Origin: Planctomycetota bacterium | GTDB taxonomy: Bacteria > Planctomycetota > UBA1135 > UBA2386 | Direction: 5' to 3' | DNA: 64,000 nt | Assembly: GCA_947501605.1 (NCBI GenBank) | Contig: CANMWZ010000001.1 | Span: 288,001 to 352,000, forward strand | Shown: in pieces, positions 38,999-48,780 of the stretch | Layout of the letters: each line of letters begins with the position of its first letter | Numbering within the stretch: the first letter of the stretch is position 1 | Made by a program: the position numbers and the translations under genes | Notes under the pieces: generated by a model | The model's input: only the letters and a program-made list of their open reading frames with translations | What the model was told of the DNA's origin: nothing | Databases searched by the model: none

Positions 38999-40228
38999 AT
39001 GCCGAAGCTCAAGATCGTCCTCGCCTATTCTGGTGGCCTCGACACCTCGATCATCATCCCGTGGCTCAAGGAGAACCATCCGGGCTGCGAAGTTCACTGC
39101 TACTGCGGCGACATCGGCCAGGGCGACGAAGAGCTGCAAGGCCTCGAAGAGAAGGCCAAGAGGACCGGCGCCGTAACCTGCCGCGTCGAGGACCAGCGCC
39201 GGGCATTCCTCACCGACTACGTGTGGCCATGCGTTCGGGCGATGACGGTCTACGAGGGTCGCTACTTGCTCGGCACCAGCATGGCGCGCCCCATTCTTGC
39301 CAAGGGTCAAGTCGACTACGCTCGCGCGATCGGGGCCAACGCAGTGGCGCACGGTTGCACAGGCAAGGGCAATGACCAAGTGCGTTTCGAGCTCGCCTAC
39401 CAAGCCCTCGCACCCGATCTGCAGATCCTCGCGCCATGGCGCCACTGGGACATCCGCAGCCGCGAAGACGCGATCGACTACGCCGAGAAGCGCCAGATCC
39501 CCATCACCGCGTCGAAAACGAAGATCTACTCACGCGACCGCAATCTGTGGCACATCAGCCACGAAGGCGGCGCCCTCGAATCGCCACGCAACGCCCCGCC
39601 CGACGACGTCTGGATGCTCACTGCCGATCCGCGCAAGGCGCCGGACACGCCGCTCCAGATCACACTGTCGTTCGAGCACGGCGTGCCGGTGAAACTCAAC
39701 AACGAGCTGCTGCCACCCGAACAGCTGTTGGCGAAGCTCAATGAGCTCGGCGGCCAGCACGGAGTCGGCCGTGTCGACATCTGTGAGAATCGACTCGTCG
39801 GCATGAAGTCTCGCGGGGTCTACGAGACGCCGGGCGGCACCATCGTGCTCGAAGCCGCGCGTACGCTGCGCGCACTCACGATGGAGCGCGACACACTGCG
39901 GCTGTGCGAGCGGTTGATGCCCGACTACGCCGACCTCGTCTACACCGGCCGTTGGTTCCATCCGGCGCGGCGAGCGATGGACGCGTTGTTTGCCGAGGCG
40001 ACGAGGTTCGTCACCGGCGACGTGCGCGTGCGGCTCTGGAAGGGTGTCGCCACTTCGATCGGGTCCGAGAGCAAGTACAGCCTCTACTCAGAAGACCTCG
40101 CAACGTTCGGACAGAGCGCGTCGTTCGACCACGCCGACAGCTATGGCTTCGTCAAGCTCTATGGCCTGCCCGGCGCCGTCGCCTCCCGAGTGCAGGGCAG
40201 CGGCACCACCGAGGGCCACGTCCGGTGA
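38999..40228 (+). CDS. argG: Argininosuccinate synthase
   Basis: LAYSGGLDTS, HGCTGKGNDQVRF and KSRGVYETPG. Confidence 0.98.
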   Translation: MPKLKIVLAYSGGLDTSIIIPWLKENHPGCEVHCYCGDIGQGDEELQGLEEKAKRTGAVTCRVEDQRRAFLTDYVWPCVRAMTVYEGRYLLGTSMARPILAKGQVDYARAIGANAVAHGCTGKGNDQVRFELAYQALAPDLQILAPWRHWDIRSREDAIDYAEKRQIPITASKTKIYSRDRNLWHISHEGGALESPRNAPPDDVWMLTADPRKAPDTPLQITLSFEHGVPVKLNNELLPPEQLLAKLNELGGQHGVGRVDICENRLVGMKSRGVYETPGGTIVLEAARTLRALTMERDTLRLCERLMPDYADLVYTGRWFHPARRAMDALFAEATRFVTGDVRVRLWKGVATSIGSESKYSLYSEDLATFGQSASFDHADSYGFVKLYGLPGAVASRVQGSGTTEGHVR

Positions 40229-41643
40229 GCGAAGCGGGCAAAATGTGGGGTGGACGATTCGCCGGCGAGCTCGACCCGTTCTTCGCCAAGTTCCAGAAGA
40301 GCCTGCCCATCGATCGCGTGCTCGTGTTCGCCGACCTCGAGACCAATCGAGCCTGGGCCAGCGCGCTCGGCCGCGCGTCCGTGCTGCAGCCACACGACGT
40401 GACCAAAGTGCACGCCGCGATCGACGACTTGGCGACGCACGTCCGCGCGCACGGGGTCCCGGACGACGACGACGCCGAAGATGTTCATAGCTACGTCGAG
40501 CGCGAACTCGGCAAACGGTGCGGCGACCTTGCCAAGCGCATCCACACCGGCCGTTCGCGCAACGACCAAGTCGCGACGGACCTCCGCATCCACTTGCGCG
40601 ACGTGGGCAGTGAACTGCTCGCCGCGACCGTTGCCGTGCTCGCCAACCTCGTGCACCAGGCGGATCAGCACGCCGCTGCACCCATGCCGGGCTACACGCA
40701 CATGCAGCGCGCCCAGCCCATCACGATCGGGCACTGGGCGCTGGCACACGTCGAAGCCCTGGCGCGCGATCATGCACGGATCAAGGACGCACTGGCACGC
40801 ATGGATGTGTGCCCGCTCGGCAGCGGGGCGCTTGCCGGCACGCCGCTAGCTGTCGACCGCGAGCAACTTGCCACCGCGCTGGGCTTTCGCAGCGCCTCGC
40901 AAAACAGTCTCGACGCCACCGCCGCGCGCGATCATGCCTGCGAGCTGTTGTTCGCCGCGACGATGGCCATGACCAACCTGTCACGCATGTGCGAGGACCT
41001 CGTGTTCTTCGCCTCGACCGAGGCGCGCTTCGGCCGATTCGGCGACCGCGTCTCGACCGGATCGAGCCTGATGCCGCAAAAGCGCAACCCAGACGCCGCC
41101 GAGCTGGTGCGCGGCAACTGCGGCCTCGTTCTCGGCGGCCTCGTGGCACTGCTGACGACGATGAAGGGCCTCCCGCTCGCGTACAACCGCGACCTTCAGG
41201 AAGACAAGAGCGCCCTGCTGCCCGCGCTGCAGCGCACGATCGACTGCCTTCGAGTCGCCGCACTCGCCGTCGATGACTTTGCGTTCGACACGGACCGCTG
41301 CGCCAAAGAAGCGGATCGGGGTTTCCAGAATGCCACCGACCTCGCCGACTTGCTGGTCAGCCACGGCGTCGCCTTCCGCGATGCCCATGAACTCGTCGGC
41401 AAGGCCGTGGACCGTGCCCAGGTCCTCGGCTGCGAACTGCAAGACCTGCCAGCAGCCGAGCAGCGCCGTCTGCTGCCGCAACTGCACCTCGACCTGTCGC
41501 AAGCACTGGCCGCCAATGTGATTCTCGCCCGCCGCGACGTACTCGGCGGCACCGCCCCTCGCCGCGTGCGTGAGCAAGTCGCACGCTGGCAACAACTCGT
41601 CCTCGCCGCCAACCGTCCCGCTACCGAAACGCACCGCCGATGA
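40225..41643 (+). CDS. argH: Argininosuccinate lyase
   Basis: MWGGRF, HTGRSRNDQ, GYTHMQRAQP and TGSSLMPQKRNPD. Confidence 0.97.
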   Translation: MSEAGKMWGGRFAGELDPFFAKFQKSLPIDRVLVFADLETNRAWASALGRASVLQPHDVTKVHAAIDDLATHVRAHGVPDDDDAEDVHSYVERELGKRCGDLAKRIHTGRSRNDQVATDLRIHLRDVGSELLAATVAVLANLVHQADQHAAAPMPGYTHMQRAQPITIGHWALAHVEALARDHARIKDALARMDVCPLGSGALAGTPLAVDREQLATALGFRSASQNSLDATAARDHACELLFAATMAMTNLSRMCEDLVFFASTEARFGRFGDRVSTGSSLMPQKRNPDAAELVRGNCGLVLGGLVALLTTMKGLPLAYNRDLQEDKSALLPALQRTIDCLRVAALAVDDFAFDTDRCAKEADRGFQNATDLADLLVSHGVAFRDAHELVGKAVDRAQVLGCELQDLPAAEQRRLLPQLHLDLSQALAANVILARRDVLGGTAPRRVREQVARWQQLVLAANRPATETHRR

Positions 41644-42233
41644 CCAAGGCTACTTCTGACAAGCAAAGGAAACGTCCCGCCAAACCCAAGGTCGTGATCC
41701 GTCCCGCGTTGGTCGCGGATGCGAAGCCGATCATGTCTCTCGTCAACGAACTCGCGATGCGACAGGTGATGCTGCCGCGGTCGCCGGCGTCGGTGATCGA
41801 GAACATCCGCGACTTCGTCGTGGCCGAAGTCGACGGCAAGTTCGCCGGCACCGGCGCCCTCGCGATCACCTGGACCGACATCGCGGAGATCCGCTCTCTC
41901 GCGGTGTCGCCGGAACTCCACAAGCTGGGGATCGGTCGCAAGATCGTCGAAGCGCTGGTCGTCGACGCCCGCCGACTCGGTTTGGCCCGCTTGTTTGCGT
42001 TCACCTATGTGCCTGGCTTCTTCGAGAAGATGGGCTTCTCGATCTGCGCGCACGACGAGCTCCCGCACAAGGTGTTCAACGACTGCATGCACTGTCCGAA
42101 GTTTCAGGCCTGCGACGAGATCGCCATGGAACGCGTGCTCGATGAGTCCGCGCCCGCACGCCTGTTCGGCAAGCCGGTGCGCGCCATCCCGATGCCGATC
42201 CGCAAGGTGCCAAACGAGCTGAAGCCCGGCTGA
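41640..42233 (+). CDS. Short GNAT N-acetyltransferase (ArgA-type amino-acid acetyltransferase)
   Basis: MLPRS, AEIRSLAV, LGIG and LPHKVFNDCMHCPKF..CDE; coupled to argH. Confidence 0.85.
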   Translation: MTKATSDKQRKRPAKPKVVIRPALVADAKPIMSLVNELAMRQVMLPRSPASVIENIRDFVVAEVDGKFAGTGALAITWTDIAEIRSLAVSPELHKLGIGRKIVEALVVDARRLGLARLFAFTYVPGFFEKMGFSICAHDELPHKVFNDCMHCPKFQACDEIAMERVLDESAPARLFGKPVRAIPMPIRKVPNELKPG

Positions 42234-42258
42234 TCGCCACGCCGCGATCGCCGATACC

Positions 42259-42850
42259 TCAGTTCCGCGCCATCGCCTTGGCCGCGGGCTCGTAACCCAG
42301 GACCAGCAAGCGCTCGTCCGCGGCGGCATCGTCGGTCACCACGACCAGGCACTCGCGGTTGTGCAGATGCGAGTCGAGTCGACGCGGGCCGCGGCTGCCA
42401 ACCGCGACCTCAGCATCCCCATTTCCCATCACGCCGGCAGCTCGCGGCGCGCCAGCTGCGCGCGAACCGCTTCGCTGCGCGCGCCATGGTGCGGTGGCAG
42501 GTAGCGCCCTCGCTGACAGTAGGTCTGCGTGACCCACAGCGGCACTCCGCGCAACTTCGACAACTCGTCGAGCAACCCTTGCACCTTTGGCCTGAGGTCC
42601 GCGTTGGCCGTCACGCAGGACTGCGCGCCCGCCGTCGCATCGTGGCCGCGGTCGACGGCGATGGTGTGGTGCTCGCTCCCTTGCACGCGTGTGCAACCTG
42701 CGCCGCAGCGCTGACGAGGTCGAGCTCTGCGCCCACCTCGGGCCATGCGGCAATGGCGGCGAGAATCCGCGGCGGGAGGCGCCGCTGGCGGCCGAAGTAC
42801 GTGACCATCCGGCGAGCGGGGAAGCGTAGGCAACGAGAACAGGGGGTCAT
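42259..42850 (-). pseudogene. Possible frameshifted gene remnant, weakly phospholipase-D-like
   Basis: Protein-like text switches between three minus-strand frames. VAVGS....DSHLHNRECLVVVTD resembles the PLD GSxN-D-RS-N-E tail; no HKD motif is present. Confidence 0.25.
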
Positions 42851-43023
42851 GGTGCGGTGTTCGCATTCCGCGCAGGCGCATCGAAGTCGCCCACCGGCCC
42901 CCGCCGCGCCGAATCCCAGTCAGCGCCACCGGTTTCCAAGGAACGGCTCGCGCACCCCGCGTGCATTCGTTACCCGTGGAGCATGCGGCACAGAAGTCGC
43001 ATGACCCCGCGCAGGACCCCTTG

Positions 43024-45300
43024 ATGAATCTGCAATCGGCCCGTCGTTCCTTCTCACTCCCTTTTCTCTCGACCCTCGTCTTGCTGACCGCGTGCGGTGG
43101 CGGCGGTGGCGGTGGTGGCGGCGGCAGCGGCGGCGGCGGCGGCCCAGTCCCCACGACTCCCGTCAGTGCCAATCACAGCGGCTTGCTGTCGGCAGCAGCT
43201 GGAAACGCCGCAGTACGGGTGCACTGGCGACTCCCCGGTGCAGGCTTCGAGGCGGCACTGTTTCACAGCGCGACGAGTGCCAACATCGTCAGTGGCGCAC
43301 CAGCCCAGTCGGGGCTCACGGGCACCGCGGCGACGGTCAGTAGCCTGACCAACGGCACCGAGCGGTTCTTTGCCCTCGGAATCCGGCCGACCGGCGGCTC
43401 GACCTGGACCCAAGCCGGGCAGGTTCTGCGCGCGCGTCCCTCGGCCACCACGATCCACGTCGACGCCAGCGCCGCCCCAGGCGGCAACGGCTCGCTGGCG
43501 ACGCCTTTCCGCACGCTGCAGGAAGGCCTGACCGCCGCGGGCTCCAACCCGGCGGCCAACGTCTGGGTGCGTGACGGCAGCTACTCGAGCGGTGTGCTCG
43601 CGTCCGGCGCCAACGTCTACGGCGGCTTCGCCACCTTCTCGATCACCGATCGAGACCCGGGCGCTGGCAACACGATCGTGACCGCCGGCTCGTTCCAGGC
43701 CGCGCTCGCAGCGAACACGGTTGGCACCCGCATCATCCTCGACGGCTTCGCACTCGCCGGCAACAGCGTCGGCTTCTACGGCATCGACCAGCAGAACATC
43801 GATCTCGATGTGCGTTCGGTCTCGATCCGCAGCTTCGTCGACCGCGGCGTGCGCCTGCGCAACACCAGCGCCAATGAAAACGTGAAGGCGCAGTTCGTTG
43901 CGTGCACCGTGCAATCGAATGGCGCTGACGGCATCAACGTGCTCGGCCCGTTCGATCTCACGATCGACGCCTGCGCCTTCGACGCCAACACCCAAGAAGG
44001 CATCGACTGCGGCTCCTTGATCGCGCTGACCGGCCTGTCGTCGACGCTGGCGATCACGCACAGTCGCTTCGCCAACAACGGTGCCGAAGGCCTCGACGCG
44101 AGCCTTGACCGACCGCTCGGAGTGACGTCTGGCAGCGCCAGCTTCGATGTCGCGATCAGCGCCTGCACCTTCTCGGGCAACGCGCTCGATGGCCTGCTGA
44201 TCGACCAGGAGCACGAAGCCGCGGCCGGGTGGACGATGCGGGCCGTGGTCCGCGACTGTGTAGCCTCCAACAATGCGCTCGCCGGAGTCCACGTCGACTT
44301 CGACGCGCAGGGGCAAGTGCTGCTGCACGGCATCCGCTCGACGGCCAACGGCACCGACGGCATCCTCATCACCTCCGAGGTGAATCCAGGCCACGCGGTC
44401 GTCTCGGCCTCGCACCTCGCCGGCAATCTGGGCGCCGGTATCCGCACCTCGCTGGGCAACAAGATCGTGCTGGCCTCGCACTGCGTCTTCGCCGGCAATC
44501 AGGCCGGTGGCTTCCTCAGCGCCAGTGCCGCGCGCGAGTCAGCCGCCACCAACTGCATCTTCGACCTGCAGTCGAACCCGACGAGCCTAGTGCGCCAATT
44601 CAGCAACGTGACGGCCAGCAGTGCGACCGCCGCGATCTTCGTCAACGCGCCAAACGCTTACGGCCGCGCGACCGCGCACGCCAACGGCGTGCTGACCATG
44701 TCCGCGGCTCCGACGTTCACGGCGGGCGCGCAAGTCGAACTCGGCGACAACTCGACGGCGCTGAGCGTCTCGCAAGTCGTCGGCAACAGCGTCGTCCTCG
44801 GCTCGACGCCGACGCTCTTGCGGCTGCCCGTGGGTGTCGCGGCGTTCCCGTCAACCTCGGTCGTGGACAACCTCGCGCTGACCGGCGGCTCCGCTGCGAT
44901 CGCTCAGGGTATGCAGGAAGCTGGCGGGGCCAACGTCGACGCCGGTCCGGTCGGTTCGCCACTGGTGGTCACGCCAGGCGTCGCCCTCGACATCCCGGAC
45001 CCGTTCTTCTGGCTCGACCAAGTCACCCCTGCTCCCAACGTGGCGCTAGGCCAGAGCCAGGCCGTGACCTTGCGGTTCTCCGATGCGGTGACCAGCGGCT
45101 CGGTGACCAACACGAGCGTGCGCGCGGTCAACACCTCGAATGCAACCATCGCCGCGGGCATCAGCGTCGTCGGATCGACGATCACGCTGACTCCCCCAGG
45201 GGGCGGCTGGCCATCGGGTGCGATTCGTCTCGAACTGCACCGCGGCGTCGCGTCGGGCGGAATCTCTCTGACCCATCCGACGATCTACCCGCTGCGCTGA
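43024..45300 (+). CDS. Surface lipoprotein with right-handed beta-helix repeats and a C-terminal Ig-like domain
   Basis: Lipobox LTAC plus poly-Gly linker; IHVDASA..GNGSLATPFRTLQEG; repeated xxNxxDGI turns; VTLRFSDAV...ITLTP. Confidence 0.85.
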   Translation: MNLQSARRSFSLPFLSTLVLLTACGGGGGGGGGGSGGGGGPVPTTPVSANHSGLLSAAAGNAAVRVHWRLPGAGFEAALFHSATSANIVSGAPAQSGLTGTAATVSSLTNGTERFFALGIRPTGGSTWTQAGQVLRARPSATTIHVDASAAPGGNGSLATPFRTLQEGLTAAGSNPAANVWVRDGSYSSGVLASGANVYGGFATFSITDRDPGAGNTIVTAGSFQAALAANTVGTRIILDGFALAGNSVGFYGIDQQNIDLDVRSVSIRSFVDRGVRLRNTSANENVKAQFVACTVQSNGADGINVLGPFDLTIDACAFDANTQEGIDCGSLIALTGLSSTLAITHSRFANNGAEGLDASLDRPLGVTSGSASFDVAISACTFSGNALDGLLIDQEHEAAAGWTMRAVVRDCVASNNALAGVHVDFDAQGQVLLHGIRSTANGTDGILITSEVNPGHAVVSASHLAGNLGAGIRTSLGNKIVLASHCVFAGNQAGGFLSASAARESAATNCIFDLQSNPTSLVRQFSNVTASSATAAIFVNAPNAYGRATAHANGVLTMSAAPTFTAGAQVELGDNSTALSVSQVVGNSVVLGSTPTLLRLPVGVAAFPSTSVVDNLALTGGSAAIAQGMQEAGGANVDAGPVGSPLVVTPGVALDIPDPFFWLDQVTPAPNVALGQSQAVTLRFSDAVTSGSVTNTSVRAVNTSNATIAAGISVVGSTITLTPPGGGWPSGAIRLELHRGVASGGISLTHPTIYPLR

Positions 45301-45434
45301 TGGCCGAAGCCACGACGCAGCGCGGCGGACTCACTGCCCGGTGCGCTGGCACCTCGCCCAATCGGATCGCCTGCCGCTAGTAGGCGGGCAGAGGCAATGG
45401 CGACGGACCTGCCGCTCGCTATCCTGCGCGGCCC

Positions 45435-46628
45435 ATGGCCGACCACGTCGCGACGATCGCCCCCATCGCCCTCCCCGAGGGCTTCTCGGCCAACGCTCTC
45501 CACTGCGGCCTTCGCAAGGACCCGACGCACGCGGATCTCGGTCTCTTGCTGTGCGACACGGCACGTCCGGCTGCCGCCATCTACACGCAGAACCGCCTCG
45601 TCGGCGCCCACGTGCAGGTTTGCCGCGAGCATCTCGCCAAGAGCGGCGGCCTTGTTCGCGCCATCCTGGTCAACGCCCGCAACGCCAACTGTGCGACCGG
45701 CGAACAGGGTGTGCTCGACGCCCGCGAATGCTGCGCCGCCTTGGCCCAGCGCCTTGGTTGCCCGACGGAGCACGTGCTGATGGCGAGCACCGGACCAATT
45801 GGCGCGCCACTGCAGAAGGACAAGATCCTCGCCAAACTCGACGCTCTGGTCTTGGGTGCGAGCACCGGCAAGGCGCACGAGTTCGCCCGCGCGATCATGA
45901 CGACGGACACGTTTCCGAAGGCGCGCACGACGACGTTCGCGGGCAACGGCAGTCAGCGACGTGCAACCGGCTTCAGCAAGGGCGCGGGCATGATTCATCC
46001 AAACATGGCGACGATGCTGGCCTTCACTGTCGCCGATGCGGTTCCGCACGGTGGCCTGCAAGCGATGGTGAAGCGCATCGCCGATCGCAGCTACCACCGC
46101 GTCACGATCGATGGCGACACATCGCCGAACGACACCTTTGTCGTCTGGGGCGGAGGCACCGAGGTGCCGGCAGCGGTGTTCGAGGACGCGGTCACGTCGC
46201 TGAGTCAGCAGTTGGCCCGCTTGATTGCAGCCGACGGCGAAGGTCTCACGCGCCTGATCACCGTGCAGGTGCGCGGCGCAGCGACGGAGGACGAAGCCAA
46301 CCACGTCGGCCGCACGATCGGCACGAGCCCGCTGGTCAAGACGGCTGTGGCGGGCCTCGATCCGAACTGGGGCCGCATCCTGTCGGCAGCCGGCCGTGCC
46401 GGCGTTCCGTTCGACGCGGCCAAGGCCCGGGTTTGGGTCGGCGAGGCGGAGGTCTACCACCTCGGTGTGCCGCACCCCGAACGCGAAGGCGTCGCGCACG
46501 CGCACTTGAAGAACAACAAAGAAGTCGTGCTCGGCGTCGACCTCGGCCGCGGCACCGCAAGCGCTGATATCTGGACCTGCGACCTGACCAAGGACTACGT
46601 GCAGATCAACGCCGACTACCGCTCGTGA
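45435..46628 (+). CDS. argJ: Ornithine acetyltransferase
   Basis: NANCATG, IMTTDT, KGAGMIHPNMAT (autocleavage site), DGEG, DPNWGRI and YVQINADYRS. Confidence 0.97.
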   Translation: MADHVATIAPIALPEGFSANALHCGLRKDPTHADLGLLLCDTARPAAAIYTQNRLVGAHVQVCREHLAKSGGLVRAILVNARNANCATGEQGVLDARECCAALAQRLGCPTEHVLMASTGPIGAPLQKDKILAKLDALVLGASTGKAHEFARAIMTTDTFPKARTTTFAGNGSQRRATGFSKGAGMIHPNMATMLAFTVADAVPHGGLQAMVKRIADRSYHRVTIDGDTSPNDTFVVWGGGTEVPAAVFEDAVTSLSQQLARLIAADGEGLTRLITVQVRGAATEDEANHVGRTIGTSPLVKTAVAGLDPNWGRILSAAGRAGVPFDAAKARVWVGEAEVYHLGVPHPEREGVAHAHLKNNKEVVLGVDLGRGTASADIWTCDLTKDYVQINADYRS

Positions 46629-46635
46629 TCGGCGC

Positions 46636-47244
46636 TCACTCCGGCGTGCGCTTCTTCTGCTGTCGAGCGCGATAGACCGCCGGCGGCGCAACGTCCTTCT
46701 GCTGCCACCAATCGCGGTGGTCGCGCGCGTCGCCAGCCAACGTCGCGACCCAACCGATCGACGCCTCGGGCACGCTGTCGCAGTACGGCAGATAGGGCTT
46801 CACGTCGAGGATCGGCGTGCCATCCAGGATGTCGTGGTCACCGACCTGAAGCACGCGCTTGTCGACGGACAGCAACTGCAGGCATGAGAGCCCAATCGGA
46901 TTGGGCCGTGCCGGAGCGCGCGTTGCAAACACTCCCCGCTTCTGGGTGTCGCGCGGCGGCATGACCTTGCTGTTCCAACCGCGCGTGTGGTGGCAAACGA
47001 ACAGCACCCACACGTGACTGAAACCACCGAGGTCGTGAAGGCAGTTCTGCAGTCCTTCGGCGATGTGGATCTCGCCTCGTACGACCGCCGCCGGTGCCTT
47101 GGGGTCACGACCAACCTCGGTCGCCACGGCTTGCGCCCGCGGCTGGCGCGGCGCCTCGTGATGCAGCACGAGTGGCGAACGCATCACGCCAATCGGCCGC
47201 AGCACGATCGCGAGCGGCTCAGCCCACGCGCGTGGCTTGCTCAC
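46636..47244 (-). CDS. tsaA: tRNA (t6A37) N6-methyltransferase TrmO/TsaA
   Basis: GVFATRAPARPNPIGLS and DGTPILDVKPYLP. Confidence 0.92.
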   Translation of the reverse strand: MSKPRAWAEPLAIVLRPIGVMRSPLVLHHEAPRQPRAQAVATEVGRDPKAPAAVVRGEIHIAEGLQNCLHDLGGFSHVWVLFVCHHTRGWNSKVMPPRDTQKRGVFATRAPARPNPIGLSCLQLLSVDKRVLQVGDHDILDGTPILDVKPYLPYCDSVPEASIGWVATLAGDARDHRDWWQQKDVAPPAVYRARQQKKRTPE

Positions 47245-47735
47245 CGCGGCGCTGCGGCTCGCGGCGCCTTTGGCACCTTGATCTTCTGGCCTTGCTTCAG
47301 CCGCCGCGTGTCGCGCTCGGTCAGGCCGTTCAACGTCATCAGTTCTTTGAAGCGCTTCGCCGTTCCGAGGTGCTTGGAGGCGACGTCCATCAACGTCTCG
47401 TTGGCACCGAGCGCAACCTCGAAGGTCGCCATGTCCGTCGCCAGCGAGGGATCTGGCTTCGCTGGCACTCTGGGGTCTGCGATCGGTTCCGTTTGCGGCT
47501 CCTGCTGCGGCGCATCCGTGTTGGGTTTCGGCTCGGATTGCGGTGCCGGCGCTGGTAGCGGCTCAGGTGTCGGCAACAGCTCGACACCGAGTTTTTGCAA
47601 CGACCCCGCGAGCGAGCGAGCGGCGCCGCCGAGCTCGAGCACGAGCTCTCCATCCCCCGCGACACGAGCCGACGATCCCGGCGCGCACGCAGCTGCAAAC
47701 ACGAACACGACGCCGCCTAGAAGCCACCACCGCAT
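47241..47735 (-). CDS. LysM-domain lipoprotein
   Basis: FAAAC lipobox, Pro-rich linker, ETLMDVASKHLG...LNGL...LKQGQKIKVP. Confidence 0.8.
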   Translation of the reverse strand: MRWWLLGGVVFVFAAACAPGSSARVAGDGELVLELGGAARSLAGSLQKLGVELLPTPEPLPAPAPQSEPKPNTDAPQQEPQTEPIADPRVPAKPDPSLATDMATFEVALGANETLMDVASKHLGTAKRFKELMTLNGLTERDTRRLKQGQKIKVPKAPRAAAPR

Positions 47736-47816
47736 CCGCGCATCATCGGGGCATCCGGGCCGCGCAGCAACGATCGAGCTTGCGCGGCCCGACGCGATCT
47801 TGGAGAACTCTCCGTC

Positions 47817-48602
47817 GTGTCGCTGCGCGCCCTGCTGCTCAACCTGCTGCCCAAGGTTCTGGTATCGCGAGCGACCGGCTGTGCGGCGTCGCTGCCGCTG
47901 CCCCGATCCGTTCGCGCGCCGTTCTACCGCTGGTTCGCCCGCCGCTACGGCGCAGACCTCGATCAGCTACTGGCGCCGCTCGACTCGTTCCGCAGCCTGC
48001 AGGCCTTCTTCCAACGCGAACTTCGCTCGGAGGCACGGCCGATCGCGACGACACCGTTGGTCTGGCCGTGTGATGGGCGCATCGTCACGACCGGGCCGGT
48101 GCGTGCAGGACGCATCGAGCAGGTGAAGGGGCATGACTACGCGCTGGCGGACCTGCTTGCCGATGGCGATGCCGCAGCGGCGTTTGCCAACGGCACCCAA
48201 GCCACGGTCTACCTAGCCCCCGGCGACTACCACCGCGTGCATGCCCCCTTCGATCTCCTGGTCGAACGGGTCGTGGCCGTGCCCGGCACGCTGTTTCCGG
48301 TCAACCCGCCGGCGGTTGCCTGCATCCGTGACCTGTTCGCACGCAACAGCCGCCACGTGTTCCACTGTCGATTGCAGGACGGGCGCCGGGCCGCAGTCGT
48401 GATGGTCGGCGCCTTCAACGTGGGCGGCACCAGCGTCACGGCGGGAGCAGGCCAACATCTGGGTCGCGGCGGTGAGCTAGGCCGCTTCGGCTTCGGCTCG
48501 ACGGCGATCGCGGTCGTAGCTGGAGGCGGCCCAGGCTTTGAGACCCTGTTGCCGTCGACGCGCGTATGGATGGGCGCTGCCGCGCAATCTCGCCCGAGCT
48601 GA
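47817..48602 (+). CDS. psd: Phosphatidylserine decarboxylase
   Basis: FFQREL, PCDG, QVKG..Y, YLAPGDYHRVH, VGAFNVG and FGST cleavage motif. Confidence 0.93.
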   Translation: MSLRALLLNLLPKVLVSRATGCAASLPLPRSVRAPFYRWFARRYGADLDQLLAPLDSFRSLQAFFQRELRSEARPIATTPLVWPCDGRIVTTGPVRAGRIEQVKGHDYALADLLADGDAAAAFANGTQATVYLAPGDYHRVHAPFDLLVERVVAVPGTLFPVNPPAVACIRDLFARNSRHVFHCRLQDGRRAAVVMVGAFNVGGTSVTAGAGQHLGRGGELGRFGFGSTAIAVVAGGGPGFETLLPSTRVWMGAAAQSRPS

Positions 48603-48780
48603 AGCGGCAGGTAGCTGGAGGGCAGGTAGCTGGAAGAGCAGGGCACCGGAAAGCGCCACGGGAGGATCGCGCACCCCACCGAGCATGGCTCACCGGCATC
48701 ACGGCGCGCCACCGGGAGGCCGTCCTCGGCGGTGGGACCACGACGAGTCGCCGCCGTTGCGGCCAAGACTCGGGACGGGC

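Noticed and set aside
43096..43143. (GGC/GGT)n tract as a phase-variation switch
   Set aside because: A triplet repeat encoding the usual poly-Gly lipoprotein linker; slippage would keep the frame.
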